NCBI GenBank assembly: GCA_010909165.1
Contig: MU008173.1
Coordinates: 124,001-188,000, forward strand
Direction of reading: 5' to 3'
From: Anthoceros angustus
Lineage: Eukaryota; Plantae; Anthocerotophyta
Length of the DNA: 64,000 nt
Part shown: positions 12,721 to 25,198 of the stretch, piece by piece
How positions within the stretch are numbered: position 1 is the stretch's first letter
Layout: every line of letters starts with the position of its first letter
Notes under the pieces: generated by a model
What the model saw: only the letters and a program-made list of their open reading frames with translations
Told to the model about the DNA's origin: nothing
Databases searched by the model: none
Position numbers and translations under genes: made by a program

Positions 12721-15700
12721 GTGGTGTGCGCTATTACGTGGGGTGCCACCACGGGTGATTGTGGCGCTCCATTGTTGCCGTTGGTCCCATCACATGCCCA
12801 AGGTAAAGGAAAGGGACAAGCAAAGCGGAAGGATGCCCCCGATGCTGGCGGTAGTGGTAGTGTAGTGGCGGAGTCCATGAAGTAAAAGCGGGCCTAGAAC
12901 GCACGTATATGAATGTGGAGCAACTATCATGGTGGGATACGTTGGGATGAGCAGTAGCAATAGAGAGACTAGCAGCATTCCATTCCGTTGGAGCAGAATG
13001 GTCTTGGTACACTCGCGATGAAGAAAACGAGGTACCACCAGACCCTCCGGACTCAACTTTGGTTGATCCTGCAATGGCAGACGGATTTTTGGACATGGTG
13101 GAGGTGTACAGGGCACATCGGGCGCGGAGGGAGGGCAAGGCGAGGCTCGTCGGAGGTTGTGTGAAGGAGATTGAGGAGGGAATGATGGTTGTCCAAGCCG
13201 GGATGATCCAGAGGCGACCATTCGGCTCGCAAAAGTGGTGGAGGTGGACCATGATGGGTCCCTTTCATGATAGTTCATTGGTGGCGGACAGAGAACAATG
13301 ATGCATTCGAGGGAAGGTACATGGAGGAGTTTGTCAGATAAGCGCCCACGGTCGAGGGAAAAAGTGCGGCGATCAAAGAATGGAGGCGAGGGCGTCGGAG
13401 AAGCATTTGCAAAGCCTCAACTTCCGAGACAAATGTGCTGGCCTATGATTTGACAAGGAACAAGACGCTGCAGAGGACAATGAAGGCGATAAAGACCAAA
13501 GTCTTTGAGTTGCGTCGAGCCGGTGATGAACCCCGAGCTTCACCGACACGAATGTCATGCCCAAGACATGATTGACTTAAGACCTCGACAATGTGGAATC
13601 AATCGGATGAGTCCACGACGTGGTGGTGGACCACCGGATGGTCCGGACTGGAGAGGAGCCGGATGAGGCAACCTAATATTGTCAACTTTCCAGTTCCTTG
13701 TACCAGACGTTATGTCCCTCGGGCTTGAATGCGATGGATTGTTTTCGTTTTTCGGAAAGGTTTAAATACCATCGGCATCATCTGTTGTAGGAAGTTGACG
13801 GTGTGATAATGTCCGGAGCATGTAACGGCGACTATGTCGAAACCGATCCCGCAATGTGGTGCTCTAATTTTCTAACAATGTTACGGTGGTTTTGTCTGAG
13901 AGCGTAGCCGCGAGGTTTCAATGGTGATCATGCACGTCATCTATGTTCGACCTTGCGGTGTGGCGAAGTGTCCCGAGAGGATGGTCACACAGGATGTCCG
14001 TGGCAAGAATGCAGCAAGTGCGGCAATGTTTTTTTTTTCTAGTTCCGGGACCGCTAATGACTATGGGGTGGAACGGGACGGGGTCCAGTCAGCGGTGGCG
14101 TCAGCGAACGGACGCACAGCGAAACATGAGTACCAAGACTCAAAACGTCTTCCTCCACTGCTTCCACCGCCAGAGGTTGTCTTCCACCTCCTTTGTGGTT
14201 TGTGCCGGCCATCCCCTCCTCCTCGGCGGAGAGCCGTCCTCACGCCATGCTCCTCCACCCTCCTTCCAGACGCTGTCCGGGTTTTGCCTGAGGTTCCGCC
14301 TTCTCCTTACGTCCCATCCATCCAACCTTCCTTGAACTAACTCATGCTTGCAGCCCTTCCGGATGAGGACTCGCAGGTGGCTACGAGTCACCACCTCATC
14401 ACAAGGGAGGATGGAGGCAAAGCGCGAAGGCGGAGAAGGATGGAAGTTGCCCATCCAGGACTTGTGTGGAGGCCATTTGGGTCTCCAGCTGTGCGGGAAA
14501 GACGGTATGGCTGTGGCCATCTCCTTCCATGCAGAGGGTGGCAGTGGCATCGTAGATTTTCCAGATGCTGCAGGCAGAGGTAGGAAAAAGCCAAGGGGGC
14601 TGGAAGAGGACTATAGGATAGCGAAGGAGGGGTTCCTGGAGGCGAAACGGGTGCAGAACTCCAAGACGCCGCGGGCGAGGAAGGAGGGGTGAAGGAAGAG
14701 CTCGAGGACTGCCCGGTCCCAAAGAATTGTTTAAAGCTTCCGTGACCTTGCACTGCCCGTGAGTCCATGCAATACCACGAATGAAGGTTGCGCAGAGGAG
14801 GCCCGCCGGGAGCGGGAGCCGGGTGGAAGTGAAGGAGGCAAGCACTTACCTCTACCTTTTCGCTTGAGAGTTGAGCATGGTTGTCCGCATGCACTAACGG
14901 GCTGTTCATTGTGGCGTAGACAGTGATGGGGACACCCTTGGCAAACCGGAGGAGCAATTGGAGATAGGAGCGTGAAGTGGGTTACCTAGGTTTTTGCAAG
15001 CGATCCAGACTAGAAGGGGGCGGGAGGGGAAGAGAAAGGGAGGAGAGAGGGGTTGGATGCTTCGTAGCTTTCTGGCTTCACCGGGTCGAGTTGGGGACCA
15101 ATCACATGATTTTGTGTATGTCAAGTTTTAGCGTCGATGTGCAAGCCATGGTGCCGCCAAGTGTGAAGCGGAAACGGGGTTTGAGTTTGGGGAATGCCTG
15201 ATTCGAATGTTTTGTCCACACGGACGGGTGGCTATGAGCCAACGGTCAATGTCACATGGCATGGACTAGAGGGGTTATCATGTGAACTACACCATAGCGG
15301 TTTTCCAATACTTTATTAGCGAGAAATGTATTCATCAGATATACTTTGTACCTTGGGGATGTATATTTGAATAATATTATTCCATGTATTTTACATGAAT
15401 AACCCTAAGGCCCACAAACAGTGAGCCGCTAGTGATGCATTCTCCCAATTGTGTAACATGAGTACACTTTTCCATATGCCGGTTGTAAAGGTAGCTTTGG
15501 TCGTAATGTATCCCAAAAGTGACATCGATTGAAATAAAGCCTAAATAAATGTTCTAGTCTCACGCCATAAATTTATAAGGATCTCTACTTTTCTCCCGAA
15601 TGCCTCTTTTGTTTAACCATGAGACATCGAGGTGGAAATATTGCCAATAAATTTCAAGTTTTGATGAAGTGGAATGGGTTTGGGTGTATGAGTTGTATTT

Positions 15701-16599
15701 TTAGCAGCCGCTTTCCCACAAACCCTCAAAATCAACGCTCCGAGTTTTCTTAAGTGCAAATTTTGATGACATATTTTGGCTCCTCGAAAGTGGAGTGTGT
15801 CACTAGCCCTAAGGAGACCCTGTTTGAAGGACTCAAGGGATATAAGCTGGTGAACCCCGAGACTCGGTGGTCACTTATTCAAGGAGTGTGATTATTGACG
15901 AGCAATTTCACCGATACCAGCAGGGAGAGAAATGGACCATCCCGCAACGCCTCGAACCAAGAGATCCAGCAAGGTTGCAATTCCTTTGGATTCCGACCTT
16001 GCGAGATGTGAGTGGGAGCGATGCCGACGCACTGCGAGTGGGAGTCCGAGGATCATGGGAGCGCACACGCACAAGGGCCGCCATCTGACACCCACTCCAC
16101 ATGCACACTGCACCCTCCTCGATCCCTGCACCTCCCGCAAACGCACTGCTCAACCAAAGACCGCGCAGCTCACTCCTCATCCGCAGCGGCCTGATCCTCA
16201 CGATCTGGCCAGTACATCACGGAATCCAACTGCTGGTCAGATGCACGAGCATCATCCTCCTCGACGCCTCCGGCAATACCGCCACGCCGCTTCCACAAGG
16301 CGCGCACTCCGCCTGGCATGAAGCTTACCACCTTGAAGGTGCACATACAGCACCTGGGGAGGGACGCGCCTCCTCGCATGCTCAACCCGGGCGCACATCT
16401 GATCACGCCTCCTCCTCATACGTAACCACGCGTGCCCCAAGCCACATCCTTGGAGCCCGCTTGCCCTCGCTTTGTGCACCATCCGTTTACCCGCACCCAT
16501 TTCAAATAATAATTCATTAGTTGGGCCTTTACCAAATTTAGAAAATGAACCTAGTTTAGATGTCAATATTTTAACTGGACATGCCTCTTTAGTCCAAGC

Positions 16600-18140
16600 T
16601 TACATACATAGCATGATCCTATTGAACTCGCTACACGTGAAGAGGCTTTGTCCGGACTCGACAAGGAGAAGTGGGAGGCAGCTATTCAATCCGAGTATAA
16701 TAGTTTAATAGAAAATAATACTTGGGAATTAGTTAAGCTTCCTTATGGTAGAAAGCCTATACAATGCAAGTGGGTGTTTTGCATTAAATTGAAAGCGATG
16801 GTAGTGTAGAACGCTACAAGGCACGCTTTGTGTGCTAAGGGTATAGCCAAGTTCCGGTGTTGATTATCATGAAACTTTTCACTGTAGTTAAGTTGCGAGA
16901 CTATAAGATACTTGTTAGCATTAGCGCTTGAGTTAGATTTAGACTCACAACAAATGGATGTTACAATTGCTTTTCTATATGGTAAATTAGAGGAGCTGAT
17001 TTACATGGAACAACCAAGTGTTTATAGATCCTAAAACAAAGGACTTAGTTTGTAGACTCTTAAGGTGTATTTATGGACTCAAGCAATCTCCTTTGAAGTG
17101 GTATGCTGATATTGATGGTACCCTTATCGAGATTGGCTTTGTTCGTTGTAATTGATGAGAATGTATATTTCCTATGCAAAGATGGAAAGCTGGTTATTAT
17201 TGCTTTATATGTGGATGACATCATAATTGCTACTAATAGCCGTGAGTTATTATCAAAAGTGAAGACCACTCTTAGTTCCAAGTACAAGATGAAGGACATT
17301 GGGACTCTTACCTATTGCCTTGGAGTTCAAATTGCTAGGAATAGGGCAAAAGGTACCCTTAGTATTTATCAAACCAAATATGTTAAAGAGCTTCTTAATC
17401 GTTTCAAGCTTGAGGCAGCTCGTCCTGCAGCCACTCCCCTTGCAGCTGGACAAGTCTTATCTACTCAGGACAGCCCACCCACAGAGGAGGAACGAGAGAG
17501 GATGCTTCACACACTTTATAGGGAGGCGAGGATGCTTACTCTTCCTTAGTGGTTGGACTCGACGATATCACTCATGTTGTTTCTATTGTATCGCAATTCC
17601 TTTCTAATCCGGTTTAGCTCATTGGGTTGCGTAAACGCATCTATCGTTATGTCTGGGGGACCCTTCATGTAGGACTTCAATATAAGCGATCGTGAATGTG
17701 AAGACTATTACTTGAGGGTTGGTCCGATGCTAATTGGGCAGCTGATCCGTTGACAAGGAAAAGCCTATCTAGCTATTGTTTTACCTTGTGTGGTGCTGTA
17801 GTTTCATGGACATGTAAGAAGCAGAGTGTGTCTCTTAGCTCAAGAGAGTGAAATGATTCCTTAACACTTGCTGGTAAGGAAGTCATGGAAGGTCCTTATT
17901 AGTGGAGATGGATCAAGCTCAGGACTCACCTACCTTGTTGCATTGCGACAATATGTCGGCAATAGCTTTAACCAAGAATGCCAAGTACCATGCTCGGACT
18001 AAGCATATAGGCATTTATCATCATTTTATTAGACAGCTAGTCTCCGAGCATCATGTAACTATTGAATACATCCCAACAGAGGAGAACTGCGATATATTTA
18101 CAAGAGTTTATCCAAGGCCAAGCACCAGATTTCTCTTACG
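16600..18140 (+). pseudogene. Copia reverse transcriptase and RNase H, copy 1
   Basis: SEYNSLIENNTWELV, CKWVF..K..GSVERYKARL, IALYVDDIIIA, WSDANWA, LHCDNMSAIALTKNAKYHARTKHI. Confidence 0.92.
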
Positions 18141-18779
18141 CTTTAGGCCTTGTGGACTTATCAAATGGTTCTTCTTAAGTGGGAGCTCTTACACATACGC
18201 TAACTTGCTATACATTTATGTTCTTATCAAGAGTGAACTGGACGTGTTAGATTGTTAGTCTCATTCATGTTGCTTCAAACGTGAGTGGGAGTCCGAGGAT
18301 CATGGGGCGCCACACTGCACAAGGGCGGCGCCCATTCGTACCACTCCACATGCCACCTGCACCCTCCTAGATCCCCGGACCTCCGGCCTGTTCAACACCA
18401 GCGCTCACTCCCTCACATCCGCATGATCCTCATGATCCGGCATCCATCAGCGCTGGGAGATGAAGCCTCCTCGGCCAGCGCCGTCGCGCGTCGCTCCACA
18501 GGCGCGGACCCCGACGGCTAGGCTTACCACCTTGAAGGTGCGCCGGCACACAGGGAGGGGCGCCTCCTCGCATGCTCAACCATCGATCCGCGCCTCCTCC
18601 TCGTACCGAGAACCGCGTGCCCCAAGCCACATCCTTGGAGCCCGTTTGACTCTGTTTATTACCATCTGTTTCACTGCACCCATTTCAAATAATAATTCAT
18701 TAGTTGGGCCTTTACCAAATTTAGAAAATGAACCTAGTTTAGATGTCAATATTTTAACCGGACATGCCTCTTTAGTCCA

Positions 18780-20240
18780 AGCTTACATAGACCACGGATC
18801 CTATTGAACACGCTACGTGAGAGGCTTTTGTGGACGACAAGGAGAAGTGGGAGGCAGCTATTCAATCCAGTATAATAGTTTAATAGAAAATAATACTTGG
18901 GAATTAGTTAAGCTTCCTTATGGTAGAAAGCCTACTGAATGCAAGTGGGTGTTTTGCATTAAATTGAAAGCGGATGGTAGTGTAGAACGCTACAAGGCAC
19001 GTTTGTGTGCTAAGGGTATAGCCAAGTTCGTGTTGATTATCATGAAACTTTTCACTGTAGTTAAGTTGCACTAAGATACTTGTTAGCCTTAGCTTGAGTT
19101 AGATTTAGACTCACAACAAATGGATGTTACAATTGCTTTTCTATATGGTAAATTAGAGGAGCTGATTTACATGGAACAACCAAGTGTTTATAGATCCTAA
19201 AACAAAGGACTTAGTTTGTAGACTCTTAAGGTGTATTTATGGACTCAAGCAATCTCCTTTGAAGTGGTATGCTGATATTGATGGTACCCTTATCGAGATT
19301 GGCTTTGTTCGTTGTAATTGATGAGAATGTATATTTCCTATGCAAAGATGGAAAGCTGGTTATTATTGCTTTATATGTGGATGACATCATAATTGCTACT
19401 AATAGCGGAGTTATTATCAAAAGTGAAGACCACTCTTAGTTCCAAGTACAAGATGAAGGATATTGGGACTCTTACCTATTGTCTTGGAGTTCAAATTGCT
19501 AGGAATAGGGCAAGGTACACTTAGTATGTATCAAACCAAATATGTTAAAGAGCTTCTTAATCGTTTCAAGCTTGAGGCTCATCCTGCCACTCCACTTGTT
19601 GGACAAGTCTTATCTACTCGAGCCCACCCACGGAGGAGGAACGAGAGAGGATGCTTCACACACTTTATAGGGAGGCGTGGGATGCTTACTCTTCCTTAGT
19701 GGTTGGACTCGACGATATCACTCATGTTGTTTCTATTGTATCGCAATTCCTTTCTAATCCGGTTTAGCTCATTGGGTTGCGTAAACGCATCTATCGTTAT
19801 GGGACCCTTCATGTAGGACTTCAATATAAGCGATCGTGAAGGAAGACTATTTGAGGGTTGGTCCGATGCTAATTGGGCAGCTGATCCGTTGACAAGGAAA
19901 AGCCTATCTAGCTATTGTTTTACCTTGTGTGGTGCTGTAGTTTCATGGACATGTAAGAAACAGCAGTGTGTCTCTTAGCTCAACGAGAGTGAGTATGCTT
20001 AACACTTGCTGGTAAGGAAGGCATGGAAGGTCCTTATTAGTGGAGATGGATCAAGCTCGGGACTCACCTACCTTGTTGCATTGCGACAATATGTCGGCAA
20101 TAGCTTTAACCAAGAATGCCAAGTACCATGCTCGGACTAAGCATATAGGCATTTATCATCATTTTATTAGACAGCTAGTCTCCGAGCATCATGTAACTAT
20201 TGAATACATCCCAACAGAGGAGAACTGGCGGATATATTTA
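18780..20240 (+). pseudogene. Copia reverse transcriptase and RNase H, copy 2 (tandem duplicate)
   Basis: 18292-20431 is near-identical to 16045-18291. Confidence 0.9.
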
Positions 20241-20420
20241 CAAAGGTTTATCCAAGGCCAAGCACCAGATTTCTCTTACGCTTTAGGCCTTGTGGACTTA
20301 TCAAATGGTTCTTCTTAAGTGGGAGCTCTTACACATACGCTAACTTGCTATACATTTATGTTCTTATCAAGAGTGAACTGGACGTGTTAGCTTGTTAGTC
20401 TCATTCATGTTGCTTCAAAC

Positions 20421-20431
20421 GTGAGTGGGAG
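20421..20431 (+). promoter_or_regulatory. Polypurine tract
   Basis: GTGAGTGGGAG immediately before the TGTAGAGG LTR start. Confidence 0.8.
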
Positions 20432-20638
20432 TGTAGAGGTTATGGCTATTAGAGCCCTAGTTAGGGCACGTTTGAAGATTATACTTTAAACCTTACTTAA
20501 GTTACTATGATATGAATAGGCATCTTAGATTCAGTTTTTATAACTACTTTTATATGCTCTTCAAACATTGTCATTGTTCACTTTTCAGTTCATACACTTT
20601 TTGGTTCTACGCTTCCGTGAAATCCATGTGCCTTCACA
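20432..20638 (+). repeat. 3' LTR of Copia element
   Basis: TG...CA, matches the 5' LTR, followed by TSD GACAT. Confidence 0.9.
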
Positions 20639-20899
20639 GACATTGCAACCGCAAAGGACAGCTCTGCCCTGCCGACCCTTCCCTTCCCTTCCCTTGCCCG
20701 CGATTCCGCAAACTGGCAGGTTTGTAATGCACGCCAACTACGCTCTGCCACGGCGCATGCGGGGTGGGCTGCTTCTCTTCATAAACAATTGAAGACCATG
20801 TCAAAGTCCTAGAGCAAGGAGCCGTGCACCTGCTCCCAGGATAAGGCAGGCAGGCAATGCGCTCTTGCTCGCAACTTGCCTCCACCAGGGACAAGAGGC

Positions 20900-22799
20900 A
20901 ATTGGCTATGGCACCGGCGATAACGAGGTACTGTCCTGAACTTGGAAGGCGGATCAAGCTCTGGAAATGCTGTACAAAGCAATGGAAGAAGGAGAAGTTT
21001 GTGGCATGCAGCTGACTGACCTGTACGAGTGCTTTCCCTTTTGCACAATAGTCGATTCTCCAGTCATCAGGAGCTGGGGCTTACACTTCCTCTACCTCAG
21101 CTCAAGTCATTCCGACCCAACCTTTACTTTAACAGCTTGCCTGCAGCAGTCGGCTCCACTCACATCGGCCCGGATAGATAGAAAAGGGTACGAAAATACA
21201 GCCCCGAGGCTGGGCCAAGTACCCAATCAGTATCTATCTGCGCTGGACAATGTTGACGCTGGATGCAAAAAGATGCTAGATGGCACCAGAGATAACGAGG
21301 TACTGTCCTAAACTTGGAAGGCGGATCAAGCTCTGGCAATGCTGTACAAAGCTACGGAAGAGGGCGAATTTTGTGGAATGCTGACTGACCCGTGCTTTAT
21401 GTTTTGAACAATAGTCGATTCTCCAGTCATTAGGAGCTGGGGATTACACTTCCTCTACCTCAGTCCAAGTCATTCCGACCCAACCTTTAACAGCTTTGCT
21501 GCAGCAGTCGGCTCCACTCACATCGGCTTTCAGCTTTTCTTTCTCCAGCTCGTTCCTGCTCCTCAACGCTGCCCGCTGCGCATACGGCTTCGGCGATTCG
21601 TTCCTGGTCGGAGACCCGTACTGATCGTAGCGAGTGATATCATCCACAGATAACCCTCTCCGATGGAGGGAGTCCCAAGTTCTCATATCATCCGGCGTTC
21701 GCCATCTGTGATCGACAGACTGCACTAGGCCGCCGCTACCTTGAAGCTCTTGCTGCATCTCGGTCACACTGGCGTTGGAGTGACGATTCTGCTGTGCTTG
21801 CTTCAACTCCGGTAGAGCCAGCAGTATCTCCAGTTGACGTGATACTCCATGGCCTCCGAAACAAACGCTGCAGTGTGGTTGCTCCAGTTCTTCAGATGAG
21901 CAAGAACATCAGCTGTCCCTTCCCTCTGCCTGGGGTGGTACTCGCGAGCGTCACCCAACGAGCCTGTTCGCCGATGGCCGTGGCTTTGCTGAATCTGGGC
22001 AACTCGGTTCTGAGGATGGGCAGACGCCGGGGCAAGTGGTCCCCTGGAAGGATGATAGTAGATGTCCCTCACATCCTCCCTTTCATCTCCCAACCGCTCC
22101 CGTTCTGCAATCATGCCATCAGCTGTCCTGGCAGGTAGTTCCACCAGACCTCTTGATTTGAGCTCTTGCCTTGCCTGGGAGGCCAACTCTAGCATCTTTT
22201 TGCATCCAGCTTCAACATTGTCCAGCGCAGATAGATACTGATTGGGTACTTGGCCCAGCACCCTCGGGGCTGTATTCTCGTACCCTTTTCTATCTCTAAT
22301 CTATGTCATATCTACTGCCATGTTCCATGGCTTCGAGATTGATGGGTTTTGCGAGCCAGGACCTTGGGATCTGGACAAGCCTGACGGAGCCTTCTTCGAG
22401 GAATTCCAGCAGCTCAAGTCCAACAAAACGGTGGTGGACCTGAACCCGGCCAACTCCAGCAGTAAGATGGTACAATTTGCTCGTAGCAAGTTTCTCAGGA
22501 TTACTCCTGAACAGCTTGTACCGACATGTCAACAAGTAACCACCGCCTACTACAGAAGGTTCGTGGCTCTTGCAACCGCGCTGTGGCTGTTGCAAAGGTT
22601 GGCTCTCTCCTTTCTGCCCAGTGCAAGGATCTTTCGAGTGGATAGTGGAGTAGACTTGGATCCTTTGTAAATGGCTAACATTGTGGATGAAGATGAACAA
22701 CCTTGCCTTCCCAAAGTTTCATTCATGGTTGTTCCGGGCCTCCGTGTAGGGAAAGTCATCATAAAAAGTGAAGTGTACTCTCAAATTTCTCCCTCCTGA
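20900..22799 (+). pseudogene. Rearranged GIL1/IRKI-like gene (internal inversion, deletion and duplication)
   Basis: 5' part on + (RLGQVPNQYLSALDNV, ~21200-21280), inverted block ~21525-22297, C-terminus on + (FHGFEIDGF...LWLLQRLALSFLPSARIFRV...MVVPGLRVGKVIIKSEVY). Confidence 0.85.
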
Positions 22800-23281
22800 A
22801 GGTGCTTAGCTCCTGAAGATGGTAGTGGGGAGCAGTCAACTTAGATCTATCTGGCGTCAGAAATGAGAAAGGGACTTGGAGATTCTGGGAGCCTGTGATG
22901 CTCCTTCTAAACCTGTTGCTGAGTGCTATGTTAGTATGTATGGATGAAATGGTCGGGCGCTTTTTCGAGAGTCGTGGATGCAACACACAGCTGTAGGAGG
23001 TATCCAGAAGCTGCTTCTATACACGCAGGTCTAACTTGTGGAGACCTGGACGGCTTGCCTCCCCTGGCCTTGAAGTGCTGTTCCTTTTCTTCATCAAGCA
23101 CGGAGACAATTTTTCTGTACGGCTTCATACACCTCGGCACGAAACAGATATCTATCCGCAGATGTCGTGAATGCAGCCGCCAAATCTGCTAACCTGCCTG
23201 CCCCTTCACTGCACCATCACGCTCAAGACTGCGGGGACAGGGAAGGGCTTCAGAAGCGTGGAACCGAGAGCAAGCCAGCCC

Positions 23282-25198
23282 TCAAACGACGGGTGTCTCG
23301 AGTGTCAAGCCGATGACATCGTGCATCACAAGCACCTCATTCCGATCACCGAAATTGAGGCGCCGCGCCCGAACCTCAATGCACGACAATCCAAAGTACA
23401 TGGACAGCTCCACTTCCCTGTCCAGATCCAGTTTCTTAGGATCGTCAGATATGTCCATGCTGAAGGTAGCCTCCAGCTTCACTCCAGCGTCGGTGGTGTA
23501 GCGCACCTCTTGCTCATCCGAGCTATAGATGTTGATGTTGAGGGTGTTGAGGCCACGCACAGAAGGGCCCCCTCTGTACTTGACGCAGCGCTCAATGGGG
23601 ACTTCCTGCCCTTTCCGCACATAGGGCGTGAAGGTGTTGATGCAGTAGGCCTTCCCCTGCGACATGGTCTTGTAAGCAGGGGGATCCCCAGGCTGGAACC
23701 TGCGCATCTGCTGGATCCCGTACGTTTTGCGGCTAACCCTGGAGATGACCACCTCCGGCGCGAAGCCGAAGAAGACGGCCCCTTGGCACACAGCGCTGCC
23801 GGGATCCGGCGGGGTCACAATCCGATCACCCAGCTGCCCGGCAAAGGCACCCTTCACTCTGAGCTTGAGATACGGCGAGGAAGAGAAGCCACCCACCAGC
23901 AGCATCATCTTCACCTGCGGAGTCAGCCGCTCCCCGATCAACGCAATGATCCCATCCACCACAGGATCGAAGATGGCCCGCATATCGCACGCCGTGATCT
24001 CCATCTCGTCGTAGTTTGCAGAGCAGTATCCCATCCTGGCATCGTAATCCTTCCAGGCCCTGGACAGATTGGGAGGGATCTCCAAGTCCTCCGGCCCCCA
24101 CTGGTCATCGCCATCGAACGACACCTTCATCTCCAGCCACCGTTTCAGCACCTTGGTGAGAGTAGCGGGCACCCTCTGCACCTCATCCAGGAAGCACGGA
24201 ATCCTGCGGCTCAGAAATCCCAGAAAGCCCTGGTCCACATGCGTGCCCCCGCAGAGGTCCCCCGAGCTCTGCGACGTCTCCCGCAGCTGGAGATCGGCCG
24301 AGCTGTCGTTCTGCTTGGTGTGCACCACGATGTCGGTGGTCCCGCCCCCCACGTCCGCCACCAGGAACTGGTCCCCCTTCCCGAGATCGAACTGGGAGGA
24401 TCTGCGCGCGCAGTACACGGACGCCGCCTCCGACTCCAGTACGCTCAGCAGCGGGAACGGGCTGGCGCTCCCCGCCCACTGCGCCGGGCAGAAAGGCCCG
24501 GTGGCCATGCCCGCCATCTGGGCGCATCTGCGCATCGTCTGCTTGGCCGAATCCTCCCATATCGCGGGCACCGTGAGACACCACTGCACGTCCCGGGACG
24601 TGATGTGCGGCCCGTACTTGTCCTTGAGATGCTCGATCACGAAGCCCGAGAGCTTCCCCAGGTATTCGGTGATGCTGTCCACGGTGGTGATCCCCGCCGG
24701 CAGCCTGGCCAGCGCATCCAGCTGCGCCGCGTCCGCCCCGTCTTGCCTTTGCTGTCCCGTCCTCCACCCCTCCGGCGCCAGATTGAGCTTGAATTTGAAG
24801 AGGAAGTGGGCTCCCTGGTCCTCGCGCCCGCCCTGACTCTTGAGCTGCTTCAAGTGCGCCTGCTGCGCCCCCCAGCCCCACTGCGTGGCCCTGTACTTGG
24901 CCCCGGGCCCGGGCCCCTCCCGCACGTAGTACAGGCTCGTCTGCGTCTTGCAGTAGCTCTTCTCCTGCCCCGGCCACTCGTAGTGGCAGAACACCTTGTC
25001 CGGCTCGTCCCTGTGCGCGAAAGCGAAGCCCGAGAATGTGGTCCCGAAATCCAAACCCACTACGATTTTCGCCTCCCCGCTGCTGCTCGCCGACGCCGAC
25101 ACCGCCGCCACCGCCGCCGGCGCCGGCGCCGGCGCCGCCGACGCCGACGACGACGCCCACGCCCATTTGCTCAACTTCCCCTTCCATCTGGCCGCCAT
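23282..25198 (-). CDS. HSPA12-like atypical Hsp70, copy 2, intact single exon (~638 aa)
   Basis: VVGLDFGTTFSG, FKLNL, WCLTVPAIW, LESEAAS, ADVGGGTTDI, LVGGFSSSPYL, SRKTYG; no lid and no EEVD. Confidence 0.9.
   Translation of the reverse strand: MAARWKGKLSKWAWASSSASAAPAPAPAAVAAVSASASSSGEAKIVVGLDFGTTFSGFAFAHRDEPDKVFCHYEWPGQEKSYCKTQTSLYYVREGPGPGAKYRATQWGWGAQQAHLKQLKSQGGREDQGAHFLFKFKLNLAPEGWRTGQQRQDGADAAQLDALARLPAGITTVDSITEYLGKLSGFVIEHLKDKYGPHITSRDVQWCLTVPAIWEDSAKQTMRRCAQMAGMATGPFCPAQWAGSASPFPLLSVLESEAASVYCARRSSQFDLGKGDQFLVADVGGGTTDIVVHTKQNDSSADLQLRETSQSSGDLCGGTHVDQGFLGFLSRRIPCFLDEVQRVPATLTKVLKRWLEMKVSFDGDDQWGPEDLEIPPNLSRAWKDYDARMGYCSANYDEMEITACDMRAIFDPVVDGIIALIGERLTPQVKMMLLVGGFSSSPYLKLRVKGAFAGQLGDRIVTPPDPGSAVCQGAVFFGFAPEVVISRVSRKTYGIQQMRRFQPGDPPAYKTMSQGKAYCINTFTPYVRKGQEVPIERCVKYRGGPSVRGLNTLNINIYSSDEQEVRYTTDAGVKLEATFSMDISDDPKKLDLDREVELSMYFGLSCIEVRARRLNFGDRNEVLVMHDVIGLTLETPVV

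Larger units (their letters stand above)
3539..15824. mobile_element. ~12.3-kb TIR DNA transposon, probably Sola-like
   Basis: TIRs aacaaggtctccttaggactggtgac (3539-3564) and reverse complement of 15799-15824 match at 23/26. TSD TGAA at 3535-3538 and 15825-15828. Internal transposase motifs. Confidence 0.85.
2562..20638 (+). mobile_element. Ty1/Copia LTR retrotransposon with gag deletion, nested DNA transposon and duplicated RT-RNaseH
   Basis: Paired ~200-bp LTRs, PBS TGGTATCGAGCC, PPT GTGAGTGGGAG, 5-bp TSD GACAT at 2557-2561 and 20639-20643, domain order IN-RT-RH. Confidence 0.92.

Noticed and set aside
3539-15824. Nested Gypsy retrotransposon
   Set aside because: Ends are inverted, not direct, repeats and no RT or gag motifs were seen.
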